Assembly (NCBI GenBank): GCA_963698595.1
Contig: CAVORL010000006.1
Coordinates: 50,489 to 114,488, forward strand
Length of the DNA stretch: 64,000 nucleotides
Direction of reading: 5' to 3'
Origin: an uncultured Chloroflexia bacterium
Lineage (GTDB): Bacteria > Chloroflexota > Limnocylindria > Limnocylindrales > CSP1-4
Positions 1 through 9,278 of the stretch are shown here, one piece after another. The position numbers were made by a program, and so were the translations under genes. The notes below the pieces were generated by a model. That model had not been told where the DNA came from. It worked only from the letters and a program-made list of their open reading frames with translations, and made no database searches. Positions within the stretch are counted from its first letter, which is position 1; every line of letters begins with the position of its first letter.

Positions 1-447
1 GTCGGCGAGCACCTTCGAGTAGGAAAGCGTGTCGTCGCCGCCGATCGAGACGAGCGTGTGGATGTCGAGGCGCTCGAGGTTCTCGAGGACGACCGGCGTG
101 AAGTCGTAGGTCCCCTCGGACGTCTCCAGCGAGGCGAGCCGGTCGGCCGGCACGACAGCTGGCAGCTTCCCGGCCCGCATCCTCTTGGGGTTCGTGCGGC
201 TCGAGTGGAGCGCGGTCCCACCCGTCCGGTCGATCGTCCGGGTGTTGACGCGGTCGAGCGGCCGCGCGTAGTCCGGGTCGAGGTCGGGGCCCGGGCGCAT
301 GTGGGTCAGGGCTTCCCAGCCTCGGCGCAGGCCGATGACCTCGAAGCCCAGCTCGGTGGAGCGATAGACGACGCTCTTGATCACGGAGTTGAGGCCGGGG
401 ACGTCGCCGCCCCCGGTGAGGATGCCGATACGGCGCGGACGGGACAT
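1..447 (-). CDS. 6-phosphofructokinase, N-terminal part (gene runs off the window); GGDD motif suggests the PPi-dependent type
   Basis: Manual minus-strand translation from ATG at 447: MSRPRRIGILTGGGDVPGLNSVIKSVV...HSSRTNP...LVSIGGDDTLSYS. It carries the PFK GGD.PGLN and GGDD motifs and is not in the ORF track because it is truncated by the window edge. Confidence 0.85.
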   Translation of the reverse strand, partial: MSRPRRIGILTGGGDVPGLNSVIKSVVYRSTELGFEVIGLRRGWEALTHMRPGPDLDPDYARPLDRVNTRTIDRTGGTALHSSRTNPKRMRAGKLPAVVPADRLASLETSEGTYDFTPVVLENLERLDIHTLVSIGGDDTLSYSKVLAD

Positions 448-635
448 GACGTGGCGCTCCCCTCGGGAATCCCGACGAACGAACGGGACTGGCCTGCTGG
501 CCCCATTCATGGTACCGGCGCTCGCCGGGGCCGGCGGCATGCCACACGCCGCGCCGTGAGGGGCCGGAGGTCACGACGCCCGGCTGGTAGCCCCAGACCG
601 CGTCGGTGGCCGCGTCCACGCGCTCCGCGGGGCGG

Positions 636-1871
636 TCAGCGCCGGTGGCGCACCCGGCCGGGCTTGTGCTGGTGGAGCGGGATGCTGTCGCCACCGCGGG
701 CGTGGATCGGGCGCGGGGGTGTCGCCGGGTCGGGCAAGAAGTCGTCCAGGACCTCGACCGGGATCGATCGCCGAAGGAGCTGCTGGATTGCCCGCAGCAG
801 GTCGACCTCATCGGGGCAGGCCAGGCTGATCGCGATCCCGCTGGCGCCGGCGCGTCCCGTCCTGCCGATCCGGTGGATGTAGTCCTCGGCCTTCGTCGGG
901 AGCTCGAAGTTCACAACGACCGGCAGCTCCTCGATGTCGAGCCCGCGTGATGCCACGTCCGTCGCGACGAGGATCTCCACCTCGCCCGACTTGAAGTCGG
1001 CGAGCGCGCGGATCCGCTCCGCCTGGGTTCGGTCGGAGTGGATCGCGGTGGCGGCAAAGCCGTGGCGTTCGAGCTCGGAGGCAGTCCGGCGCGCGGCGAC
1101 CTTCGTGCGGGTGAAGACGAGGACCTGGCGGAGGTCGTGCTCGACCAGGAGGAACTCCAGCAGGGCGGTCTTGAGCTCGCGGTCCACGGGGTAGAGCACC
1201 TGGCGCACGTCCGGCGCCGTTGCGTTACGCGCCGCGACCTCCACGGTCGCCGGGTTCGCGAGGAACTCCTTCGAAAGGCGCCGGATCTCGTCGGAGAACG
1301 TGGCCGAGAAGAGAAGCGTCTGGCGGCGATTCGGGAGGAGATCCAGGATCCGCCGGATGTCGGGGATGAAGCCCATGTCGAGCATCCGGTCGCCCTCGTC
1401 GAGGACGAGGATCTCCACCTGGCCCAGGTTGGCGGCCCGCTGCCCCACGAGGTCGAGGAGGCGGCCCGGGGTCGCCACGAGCAGCTCGACGCCCGCTCGC
1501 AGCTCCTTGATCTGGGGGTCCAGCGGCACGCCGCCGAAGACCACGGCCGACCGGAGGGCGACGTGGCGGCCGTACGCGGCGGCCATCTCCGCCACCTGCA
1601 TCGCGAGCTCCCGCGTCGGGGTCAGGACCAGCGCCCGCACGGGGTGACGCGCCGGCGAGAACGACGCGTTGGCGTACGGCCTGAGGCGCTCGAAGATCGG
1701 AAGGACGAAGGCGGCCGTCTTGCCGGTGCCGGTTTGGGCGGCGCCCATGAGGTCGCGGCCCTCGAGGATGAGAGGGATCGCCTGGACCTGGATGGGCGTT
1801 GGCGCGGTGAAGCCTTCGTCAGCGACCGCGCGGAGAAGATCGGCCGACAGGCCGAGAGTATCGAATGTCAC
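636..1871 (-). CDS. DEAD-box ATP-dependent RNA helicase (RhlE-like) with basic C-terminal tail
   Basis: Q motif (GFTAPTPIQ), motif I (AQTGTGKT), motif II (here DEGD), SAT, HRIGRTGRAG. GTG at 1871 (VTFDTLGL) is preferred over ATG at 1970, which would overlap the divergent ppk2. Confidence 0.9.
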   Translation of the reverse strand: MTFDTLGLSADLLRAVADEGFTAPTPIQVQAIPLILEGRDLMGAAQTGTGKTAAFVLPIFERLRPYANASFSPARHPVRALVLTPTRELAMQVAEMAAAYGRHVALRSAVVFGGVPLDPQIKELRAGVELLVATPGRLLDLVGQRAANLGQVEILVLDEGDRMLDMGFIPDIRRILDLLPNRRQTLLFSATFSDEIRRLSKEFLANPATVEVAARNATAPDVRQVLYPVDRELKTALLEFLLVEHDLRQVLVFTRTKVAARRTASELERHGFAATAIHSDRTQAERIRALADFKSGEVEILVATDVASRGLDIEELPVVVNFELPTKAEDYIHRIGRTGRAGASGIAISLACPDEVDLLRAIQQLLRRSIPVEVLDDFLPDPATPPRPIHARGGDSIPLHQHKPGRVRHRR

Positions 1872-1881
1872 CGCTGCGCAG

Positions 1882-1887
1882 CATAAT
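1882..1887 (+). promoter_or_regulatory. Candidate -10 hexamer CATAAT upstream of ppk2
   Basis: CATAAT sits about 50 nt upstream of the ppk2 ATG in the divergent intergenic region. No clear -35. Confidence 0.25.
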
Positions 1888-1939
1888 CGATGCAGCACGC
1901 GAGGCCAGCCGCTGCTCGCGGGCCGGCGAGGAGGCGAAC

Positions 1940-2926
1940 ATGGCGAAGCGAAAGCCGGAGGCCGGGACACGCAGCCGGAGGACCGCGCCGCGTGAGCAGG
2001 CGCAGAGCGGCGGGGCCGACAACCCGCCGGCGCGCGGTGCCGCCGGCGGGCGCGAGGGGCGCAATCGCCGCCCGGAGCGGGATGCGCTGTGGATCCCGGC
2101 AGCGGCGCTGGACGCCGGCGGGGTCACCCCGCTCGACGAGGCGGGAAGCGCCCGGATGTCGGCCAAGGCGTACGGGGCCGAGCTGCGCCGGCTCAACGTC
2201 GAGCTCGTGAAGTGGGAGGAGTGGATCAAGGCCCAGGGCCTCAAGGTGGTCGCCATCTTCGAGGGCCGGGACGCGGCCGGAAAGGGCGGCGCGATCAAGA
2301 GGATCGTGGAGCCCCTGAACCCGCGCTACGCGCGCGTCGTGGCGCTGCCGGCGCCGACCGAGCGCGAGAAATCCCAGTGGTACTTCCAGCGCTACGTTGC
2401 CCACCTGCCGGCCGCCGGCGAGATCGTCCTGCTGGACCGGAGCTGGTACAACCGCGCCGGCGTCGAGCGCGTCATGGGGTTCTGCTCAGAGGACGAGTAC
2501 CAGGAGTTCCTGCGCTCCTGCCCCGAGTTCGAGCGGATGCTCGTGCGGAGCGGGATCATCCTCATCAAGTACTGGTTCAGCGTGTCGGACGCCGAGCAGG
2601 AGCGCCGCTTCCAGGACCGCCTCGGCGATCCGACCAAGCGCTGGAAGCTCTCGCCCATGGATGTCGAGAGCCGCTCGCGCTGGATGGACTACAGCAAGGC
2701 CAAGGACGAGATGTTCGCCCACACGGACATCAAGCAGGCGCCCTGGTGGGTGGTTCGCTCCGACAACAAGCGGCGCGCCCGCCTGAACGTCATCAGCCAC
2801 CTGCTGTCGATCGTGCCGTACGAGGACCTGACCCCGGAGCCGATCGTGCTCCCGCCGCGCCAGAAGGACACCGGGTACGTCCGGCCGCCGATGGAGGACC
2901 AGACGTTCATCCCGGAGCCCTACTGA
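1940..2926 (+). CDS. ppk2: Polyphosphate kinase 2 (PPK2) with Arg/Ala-rich N-terminal extension
   Basis: FEGRDAAGKGG Walker A, QWYFQRY, LLDRSWYNRAGVERVMGF, KRWKLSPMD. GAGGAGG RBS lies before ATG 1940. Confidence 0.9.
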   Translation: MAKRKPEAGTRSRRTAPREQAQSGGADNPPARGAAGGREGRNRRPERDALWIPAAALDAGGVTPLDEAGSARMSAKAYGAELRRLNVELVKWEEWIKAQGLKVVAIFEGRDAAGKGGAIKRIVEPLNPRYARVVALPAPTEREKSQWYFQRYVAHLPAAGEIVLLDRSWYNRAGVERVMGFCSEDEYQEFLRSCPEFERMLVRSGIILIKYWFSVSDAEQERRFQDRLGDPTKRWKLSPMDVESRSRWMDYSKAKDEMFAHTDIKQAPWWVVRSDNKRRARLNVISHLLSIVPYEDLTPEPIVLPPRQKDTGYVRPPMEDQTFIPEPY

Positions 2927-3101
2927 GTCAGCGCCGGGCGAGCGCCGCGAGGGCCGTCCGGCGTTCGAGCTCCGGGTCCCGGTCGTCGATCGAGCGCAAC
3001 CCGCCTGCCAGTCCCGGCCGCCCAACAGCGTGCCAAGGGCCCTGGGGCAGCCTGCGCGGTATCCTCGCCTCCTGACACGATGGACCGCAGGAGCGATCGA
3101 G

Positions 3102-3542
3102 ATGGCAAGCAACGAAGAGCGCGACGACGGGCAGGCGCGATCCGAGGAGGAACGCTCGGCGCTGCTGACTGCCTGCGGCCGCATGCTCGGCAGCCTCGGT
3201 CTGCTCATCATCGTGATCCTGCTGCCGGCCACGTTCCTCGTTGTTGCCGCCAACATGGGGCTCGTCGACGCGCCGGGCTGGTCCGGCACGAACAACACCG
3301 TCTTCGCGTTCTTCCTCGTCATCGTGCCGGCAGGGCTCGTGCTCGCGACGGTTCACTTCCTGCTGGGGGGCCTCGTGCTGGCGCGGCGGTTCTGGCCGCT
3401 CGTGGTCGCCGTCCTCCTCCTCTTTGCGGTCGTGACGCTCTTCCCGCTCGGCCTGCGCATCAGTTGGCCGTTCCTCTCCCTCACGCTGCTCTACGCGTCG
3501 ACCCTCGTCCTCGCCGTGGTCCGCCACCGCGAATTCGAGTGA
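3102..3542 (+). CDS. Hypothetical integral membrane protein (about 4 TM segments)
   Basis: Hydrophobic stretches LLIIVILLPATFLVV, FAFFLVIVPAGLVLA, LVVAVLLLFAVV. AGGAG RBS before ATG 3102. Strong GC3 bias. Confidence 0.6.
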   Translation: MASNEERDDGQARSEEERSALLTACGRMLGSLGLLIIVILLPATFLVVAANMGLVDAPGWSGTNNTVFAFFLVIVPAGLVLATVHFLLGGLVLARRFWPLVVAVLLLFAVVTLFPLGLRISWPFLSLTLLYASTLVLAVVRHREFE

Positions 3543-3554
3543 GTGGCCGCGGCC

Positions 3555-3573
3555 CGGCGCCCCGGGGGCGCCG
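3555..3573. terminator. GC-rich palindrome between convergent genes (possible bidirectional terminator)
   Basis: cggcgcccc-g-ggggcgccg, perfect 9-nt arms, located between the stops at 3542 (+) and 3598 (-). No clear U-tract. Confidence 0.35.
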
Positions 3574-3597
3574 CGGGCCGCCGGTCTGCTTCGTGGG

Positions 3598-4599
3598 TCA
3601 GGGCACGAGGACGGCGGTGCCCTCCGGCGACCCCGCGGCGAGGCGCCGAAGTGCGCTCCCGCCCGCGTCGAGCGGGAGAACCTCGACCGCCGTGCGGATC
3701 GGGATGCTCGCGGCGAGGGCGAGGAAGGCGCGTGCGTCCTCGCGGGTGTAGTTCGCCACGCTTCGCAGCCCACGCTCCCACCAGAGATCGTCGTACGCGA
3801 ACGCCGGGACGCCGTCGAGATGGATGGCGTTGACTGCGACGGTTCCGCCCCGACCCAGGGCCCGCAGCGCCGCCACCACGACGCTCCCGGCCGGTGCGAA
3901 CGTCACGGCTGCGTCGAGGGGACCCGGTGGCGCGTCGTCGTAGCCGCCGACGGTCGCCGCACCCAGCGCCAGAGCGCGCTCGCGCTCGCGGGCGGAGCGG
4001 GTGGCGACGTGGACCGTGCAGTCCCAGGCGCGGGCGACCTGGATCGCCAGCGAAGCCGACGCCCCGAAGCCGTACAGCCCGAGGTGGCCCCCGGGGCGGA
4101 TCCCCGAGACGACGAGCGCGCGGTACCCGATGACGCCGCCGCAGAGGAGGGGCGCGGCAGCCACGTCGTCGAAGCCGTCTGGGACGGGGAGTGCGAATTC
4201 CGCCCGCACTGCGATCCGCTCGGCGAACCCGCCGTCACGGTCCCATCCGGTGAAGGTCGCATCCGCGCAGAGGTTCTCGCGGCCCGACCGGCACGCCGCG
4301 CACGTCCCGCACGCTCCTGCCAGCCAGCCGACGGCCGCCCGCGCCCCGAGCTCCCAGCCGTCGACGCCGGGCCCACAGGCCTCGACCCGGCCCACGACCT
4401 GGTGACCGGGGATCGTCGGGAGACGGTGGGGAGCGAGGTCGCCCGCCACGAGCTGGAGATCCGTCCGGCAGACGGCGCACGCCGCGACCCGGATCACGAG
4501 CTCGCCCTGCCCCGGATCCGGATTGGGCACCTCCGCGAGGCGCAGCGGGCCGGGCTCGGCGTCGACCGGCCCGGGAACGTCGACGACGAGCGCTCTCAT
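3598..4599 (-). CDS. Zinc-dependent alcohol dehydrogenase family oxidoreductase (MDR superfamily)
   Basis: MRALVV..., CAVCRTDLQ, GHQVVGRV, structural-Zn cysteine cluster CGTCAACRSGRENLC, GFGASASLAIQ nucleotide-binding glycine motif. The long N-terminal extension of the track ORF was rejected. Confidence 0.85.
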   Translation of the reverse strand: MRALVVDVPGPVDAEPGPLRLAEVPNPDPGQGELVIRVAACAVCRTDLQLVAGDLAPHRLPTIPGHQVVGRVEACGPGVDGWELGARAAVGWLAGACGTCAACRSGRENLCADATFTGWDRDGGFAERIAVRAEFALPVPDGFDDVAAAPLLCGGVIGYRALVVSGIRPGGHLGLYGFGASASLAIQVARAWDCTVHVATRSARERERALALGAATVGGYDDAPPGPLDAAVTFAPAGSVVVAALRALGRGGTVAVNAIHLDGVPAFAYDDLWWERGLRSVANYTREDARAFLALAASIPIRTAVEVLPLDAGGSALRRLAAGSPEGTAVLVP

Positions 4600-4642
4600 G
4601 GCGCGGGGGTGGCCTGCTGCCGCCGCCGGGGACCGCTGCGGC

Positions 4643-5833
4643 TCAGCGGACGGAGACGCTGCCGACGCCGCCGCGGACCCCGATCTCCACGCGGTTCGCC
4701 GCCGTCTCGTAGTCGGGCGACTGCCACGCGTCGCCGGCCGGGGTGCGCGGGAACCGGGCGGTGTCGACGTCGCTGGAGCCCAGGGCGATGGTGGTCCGGA
4801 TGCGGGCCGCCACGCCGTCGGGGACGCGGAAGCGGATTGCGGCGGCACCCCCCTCGGCGTCCACGTGGGTGAAGCCGGCGGCGGCCGGGAGCGTGATTCG
4901 GGTGTCGCTTGCCCCCGTGCGCAGGCGCAGCTCCCCGAGGCGCAGGGCCGACAGGTCGAGCTCGCTGTCCGCGGCCCCCGTCTCGACGCGCAGGCTGAGC
5001 GGCACCTCGCCGGTGAGCCCGATGCGCCAGGTGTACGGGGCACGGTTCCACGAGAGGTTCGACGGGGCGGGGGGTGAGAGGCGCACCCTCCCCGGCGCGC
5101 CCCGCTCCGCCTTCACGCCTCCCTCGCAGGTTCCGTCGACGAGCATCCCCGGGGCGGCCTGAGCGATGGCGAGACGCCCGGCGCCGAACGTCACCATCAC
5201 CTCGGCGTCGGGCGTGCCGTCAAGGCCGAGATCGAGGCGCTCGGAAACCGGCGTTGCCAATCCGGCCGGACCCGCGGGGTGGGCAGGTGGTCGCCGCCAG
5301 GGGCCGGGGATGAGGGCCCCGACGAGGACGATCACCCCGATCCCGACGAGGAGCAGCGGCACGGCCAGGTCGGTGAGCTCCGAGAAGCGCCCGTCGGACA
5401 GGTTGACGACCCCCTCGAAGAAGAGGAAGCCGACGAGGAAGATCACGATCCCGACCGCGAGCGCGCTCAGCCCGCCGCGGAGATCGTCGGCGCGGCGCGC
5501 CAGCAGGCCGTAGAGCGCCAGGCCCAGGCCGACGCCGCCGGGGGCGACGAGCGCCCAGGCATACGCCCAGGTCTGGTAGAGGCCGTAGGTCTCCTGGGCC
5601 GCCAGGACGATTCCCACCATCGTCACGATGCCGCCCACGGATGCCATCCCGGTGCCGCCGGAGCCACCCACCGCGAAGGCGCCGACGAGCAGGGCAACGC
5701 CGGGGAGGATGATCCACGCGGGCCACTCGAGGCGCACGTCGCCGAGCTGCACGAGGAGGGCTGCCGCACCGAGAAGGATCAGCCCGACGCCGATGACGAG
5801 CGCTCCTCGCTGGTGCCGTGCGGTACTGGTCAT
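4643..5833 (-). CDS. Membrane protein with N-terminal multi-TM region and C-terminal LiaF/DUF2154-like beta-rich domain
   Basis: About 6 TM helices followed by a repetitive beta-strand region (LSLRVETGAADSELDLS...LRLRTGASDTRITLP...). The domain call is by resemblance only. Confidence 0.65.
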   Translation of the reverse strand: MTSTARHQRGALVIGVGLILLGAAALLVQLGDVRLEWPAWIILPGVALLVGAFAVGGSGGTGMASVGGIVTMVGIVLAAQETYGLYQTWAYAWALVAPGGVGLGLALYGLLARRADDLRGGLSALAVGIVIFLVGFLFFEGVVNLSDGRFSELTDLAVPLLLVGIGVIVLVGALIPGPWRRPPAHPAGPAGLATPVSERLDLGLDGTPDAEVMVTFGAGRLAIAQAAPGMLVDGTCEGGVKAERGAPGRVRLSPPAPSNLSWNRAPYTWRIGLTGEVPLSLRVETGAADSELDLSALRLGELRLRTGASDTRITLPAAAGFTHVDAEGGAAAIRFRVPDGVAARIRTTIALGSSDVDTARFPRTPAGDAWQSPDYETAANRVEIGVRGGVGSVSVR

Positions 5834-5921
5834 ACATCACCTCTCGCGCCACGCGTGATCGGGCCATGATCGGGCTTCCCGAGCGTTGTCGCAGGGTTGG
5901 TGCGTCACTCCCTGGAACCGG

Positions 5922-6056
5922 CTGCTCGCCACGGCCGTCAGCGGTGTGCATCGCCAGCAGGTCAGCGGCAATCGACCGCGTCCAGGTGGCGGCGGCGATC
6001 TCGGCCGTGGAGCTGTGGCGACTGGCGTAGGCAACGAGCACGCAGGGCGGGCGCAT
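5922..6056 (-). pseudogene. Possible remnant of a flavodoxin-domain gene (N-terminal ~45 codons only)
   Basis: MRPPCVLVAYASRHSSTAEIAAA... resembles the start of flavodoxin-domain proteins. GC3 bias decays after about 45 codons and the frame runs into the neighbouring gene. Confidence 0.3.
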
Positions 6057-6190
6057 CGGGGCTCCTGCCGGGCGGTCCTGGATGGACAGCATGCAGCCCC
6101 GGATCGTGGACCGGCAGAGGCCTCCGGCCCGCGCCCCGCGGGCCGTCCCGACGCTTCTTGGCGGACGCTAGGCTTCGCGACGGAGGTTGC

Positions 6191-7132
6191 ATGACCGGGT
6201 CCCGCGCCGCCCCGCCACTCCTGCTCGTCGCCGCGGGCGCGTCGCGACTCGGCGACGCGGCACGACGCGGGCCATTGGTCGCCGCGGCGGCCGAGGCGAT
6301 CCGTGCCCGGACCGGCGTCGCCCCCGACGTGCAGGTCGCCGTCTCTGCGGGCGCCGGACGGGCGGCCGCGACCGAAGCCGTGGCCGCCGGCGCGCCGCTG
6401 ATCGTCGTCGCCGGCGGCGACGGGAGCGTCCGGGTCGTCGCGAGCGTTGTGGCCGGCACCGGCACTGCGCTCGGGATCGTCCCGGGCGGCACCGGCAACC
6501 TCCTCGCGGCGGCGCTCGGCATCCCCCGCCGGCCTGCCCGCGCCACAGCCGCGCTCGCCACCGCCCGCGAGCGTCGGATCGACCTCGGCCGGGCGTGGCT
6601 CGGCCCCGATCGCGAGCTGCACGTTCCATTCATCGTCGCGGCCGGCGTCGGCTTCGACGCCCGGGTGATGGCGGCGACGACGGAGCGCCGCAAGCGCCGG
6701 CTGGGGATCGCCGCGTACTTCGCCACGGCGACCGCCGTCGCGGCGCGGATCCGGCCGTTCGACGTTCGCCTGATCGTCGACGGTGTCGTTCATGAGACGG
6801 ACGCCCTTGCCGTCCTCGTCGCGAATGCCGGCGAGCTCGTCCCCGGGCTTCTCCGGCCGCGCCTGCCGCTCGTCCCCGACGACGGGGTGTTCGACGTGCT
6901 GGTGGCTCGCGGCCGCGGGGCGGTGGGGGGCTCGCGCGCGGCGCTCGAGCTCCTGCTTGGTCGAGGGATCCACACGGCCATCGGCCCGTATGGCGCCAGG
7001 TTCGTCGCCCGCCGCGTCGAGATCGTGGCGGCCCACGGCGAGCTCGTCGAGGTCGACGGTGACGTCCTCGGCGCGACGCACCTTGCGGCCGAGGTGGACC
7101 CGGGCGCCCTCCGCGTCCTCGTACCCGCCTGA
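6191..7132 (+). CDS. Diacylglycerol/lipid kinase family protein (YegS/BmrU-like)
   Basis: LIVVAGGDGSV and GIVPGGTGNLLA motifs of the DAGK catalytic domain. ATG at 6191. Confidence 0.85.
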   Translation: MTGSRAAPPLLLVAAGASRLGDAARRGPLVAAAAEAIRARTGVAPDVQVAVSAGAGRAAATEAVAAGAPLIVVAGGDGSVRVVASVVAGTGTALGIVPGGTGNLLAAALGIPRRPARATAALATARERRIDLGRAWLGPDRELHVPFIVAAGVGFDARVMAATTERRKRRLGIAAYFATATAVAARIRPFDVRLIVDGVVHETDALAVLVANAGELVPGLLRPRLPLVPDDGVFDVLVARGRGAVGGSRAALELLLGRGIHTAIGPYGARFVARRVEIVAAHGELVEVDGDVLGATHLAAEVDPGALRVLVPA

Positions 7133-7196
7133 CCCGCGCGCCCCGGCCGGCGACGGCCGGCGAGGTGGGACGCCGCCGCGCGCTACCATCCTGACG

Positions 7197-7775
7197 ATGT
7201 CATCCCCACCACTCCCCGCCAGCCTGCCGTTCACCGGTGACCCGGAGGCGGACGCTCTCCTCGCCGCCGATCCGCTCGCTCTCCTCATCGGGTTCGCGCT
7301 CGACCAGCAGGTGACCGTCCAGAAGGCCTTCGCCGGCCCCCTGGAGCTGCGCCGTCGGATCGGCACGCTCGATCCCGCGGCAATCGCCGCGATCGAACCG
7401 GAAGCCCTCGAGGAGGCCTTCCGCGAGCGTCCGGCGCTTCACCGCTTCCCGGCCGCCATGGCGACCCGTGTCCAGGAGCTGTGTGCCGTCGTGGCGCGCG
7501 AGTTCGACGGGGATGCCGCGCGCGCCTGGAGCGATGCCCGCGACGGCGCCGACCTCGAGGCGCGGCTGCGCTCCCTGCCCGGGATCGGCACGCTGAAGGC
7601 GGCGACGCTCGTCGGGCTGCTTGCGAAGCAGTTCGGCGTTCGGCCGCCCGGCTGGGAGGCGGTCGCGCCGTCGTACCCGACCCTGGCCGACGTCGACTCG
7701 GCCGAGGCGCTTGCCCGCTACCAGGAGCAGAAGCGCGCCTGGAAGGCGAGCCAACGGGCAGCGAAGGGCGACTAG
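7197..7775 (+). CDS. HhH-GPD-type base-excision DNA repair family protein
   Basis: LLIGFALDQQV..., helix-hairpin-helix LPGIGTLKAATLVGLL. ATG 7197 is in frame within the longer track ORF. Confidence 0.65.
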   Translation: MSSPPLPASLPFTGDPEADALLAADPLALLIGFALDQQVTVQKAFAGPLELRRRIGTLDPAAIAAIEPEALEEAFRERPALHRFPAAMATRVQELCAVVAREFDGDAARAWSDARDGADLEARLRSLPGIGTLKAATLVGLLAKQFGVRPPGWEAVAPSYPTLADVDSAEALARYQEQKRAWKASQRAAKGD

Positions 7776-8275
7776 GACTCCCGCGCGGGAGCAGGTGCCG
7801 AGCCCGCGACTCCGGCGGCGTTCGTGGACCGCGCCGGCACGCGGGCCGCGTGGACGGCGTCGAAGGCCAGCAGGAACGCGCCCTGGACGATGGTGGCGAG
7901 GCCGTGCCCGCAGGCCGTCGGGCTGCGTCGGCCCCTCCCGGCCGCCACCGCAAGCCCGGTCGCGATATAGGCGACGTCGAGCCCCGCGTTGACCGCGAGC
8001 ACGCGCCGCGTGCGGGCCGCTTCACGGGCGAGGTCATCCGGGTCGACGGGCGGATGTGCGATCAGCCGCGCCGCCCGTGCTCGTCCTGCGACGGCGAGGC
8101 CGGCGTCGATCGCGCCCCACCCGATCGTCTGGGAGCCGAATGCCCGGAGGAAGGGGTTCCCGGTGGCCGCGCCGGCGACGGCCAGCGCGGCCCCTCCGGC
8201 AACGCTGGCCAGGGCCCAGGTGAGCAGGCGGCGAGCGAGGCGAGCCTGGAAGGCGTAGGGCTCGACGGGGGTCAT
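7772..8275 (-). CDS. Hypothetical membrane protein
   Basis: 167-aa ORF with several hydrophobic helices and good GC3. No recognisable catalytic motif. Confidence 0.5.
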   Translation of the reverse strand: MTPVEPYAFQARLARRLLTWALASVAGGAALAVAGAATGNPFLRAFGSQTIGWGAIDAGLAVAGRARAARLIAHPPVDPDDLAREAARTRRVLAVNAGLDVAYIATGLAVAAGRGRRSPTACGHGLATIVQGAFLLAFDAVHAARVPARSTNAAGVAGSAPAPARES

Positions 8276-8373
8276 GATGCCCCGTCCCGCCCGGACGCTC
8301 CAGCGCCTCGCCCCATGAGCCGGCGAACGGGCATCGCCAGGCGGCGCCGAACGATCTCGCGGCCGCTCACGCG

Positions 8374-9045
8374 CTACTCGGTTCCGGAGCCGGCCCCCTG
8401 GAAGCTCCGGATGGCGTCCTGGGCCGTGTTCACGCGCGGATCGCTCGCGTCGGCAAGGCGGACGAACGCCTCGAGCGCCGGAACGGCTTCGTCGGGACGC
8501 TCGAGCCGGGTGCAGGCGGTGGCACGGTTCCAGTGCGCGATTGCCTCCGAGTCATCGACGGCGAGCGCCGCGTCAGAATCGGCCAGGGCGCGCTCGAGGA
8601 GGGCGGTGCGCGCCTCGCGAGACGGTTCCGACTCCGAGAGGCGAAGCAGCGCTCCGCCACGATTGCAGAGTGCCATCGAGTAGCCGGGGTCGATCTCGAG
8701 CGCCTGTCCGTACGCCTCGACGGCGAGGGCATCCGACGTCGGCTCGCAGGCCCGGCCGAGGTTGAATGCCGCGTCTCGCACCAGCCGCCGGTCGGCGCTG
8801 GAGCGGATCACCGCGGCAAAGTCGGGCTTCGCCCGCTCCAGCTCGCCCAGCTCCGCGTAGCACAGCCCCCGGTGGTACAGCGTCTCCGTTCCGCCCGGTC
8901 GCACTTCCAGGTCCAGGTTGAAGAAGCTCAACGCCCGCCCCAGGTTGCCCCGCGAGTACTCGTTCATCCCTCGCGAGTACTCGGTCGCCCCCCGCGTATG
9001 GAAGTTCTCGTCCTCCTTCTCCGCCGACTTCTTCCACCACGGCAT
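8374..9045 (-). CDS. Tetratricopeptide (TPR) repeat protein
   Basis: Repeated A/Y/G-patterned 34-residue units (LYHRGLCYAELGELERAKPDF, ALEIDPGYSMALCNRG, AIAHWNRATACTRLERPDEA). Confidence 0.75.
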   Translation of the reverse strand: MPWWKKSAEKEDENFHTRGATEYSRGMNEYSRGNLGRALSFFNLDLEVRPGGTETLYHRGLCYAELGELERAKPDFAAVIRSSADRRLVRDAAFNLGRACEPTSDALAVEAYGQALEIDPGYSMALCNRGGALLRLSESEPSREARTALLERALADSDAALAVDDSEAIAHWNRATACTRLERPDEAVPALEAFVRLADASDPRVNTAQDAIRSFQGAGSGTE

Positions 9046-9096
9046 CAGGGCTTCCTCCAGTCGTGCATCCGCGCGATGGTACGACGGATAGCGGTC

Positions 9097-9112
9097 GGCC
9101 TCCCGGGAGGCC
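9097..9112 (-). terminator. Perfect 16-bp palindrome ggcctcccgggaggcc downstream of the msrA cassette array
   Basis: Perfect inverted repeat between msrA-end copy A and the TPR gene start. No U-tract, so terminator function is tentative. Confidence 0.3.
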
Positions 9113-9158
9113 CGACGATGTGTGCAACAACGGTCAGCGTGGGACCTCGGGGTCGCGG

Positions 9159-9247
9159 CCCAGCCCGACCGGGCAGGCCACGCCCGTCCCGTGGTCCGGG
9201 CAGTAGCCGTTCGGGTTCCTTGCTGGCGAATGTCCGACTGATCGGTC
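9159..9247 (-). repeat. msrA 3'-end copy A (displaced pseudo-3' end)
   Basis: 9159-9218 is 60/60 identical to 10327-10386, which lies inside msrA. 9219-9247 is about 72 percent identical (21/29) to the flank of copy B. It would encode ...[29 protein letters not shown]. Confidence 0.9.
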
Positions 9248-9278
9248 CTGAGGTCCGGGCCTCGACTCAGCGGCGCCG

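Noticed and set aside
3598-5043. 481-aa version of the alcohol dehydrogenase ORF, and 444-aa and 1101-aa versions of the helicase and NrdJ ORFs.
   Set aside because: The N-terminal extensions are Pro/Arg/Ser-rich, and they either overlap neighbouring genes or lack an RBS. Internal starts aligned with the family N-termini were used (4599, 1871, 18658).
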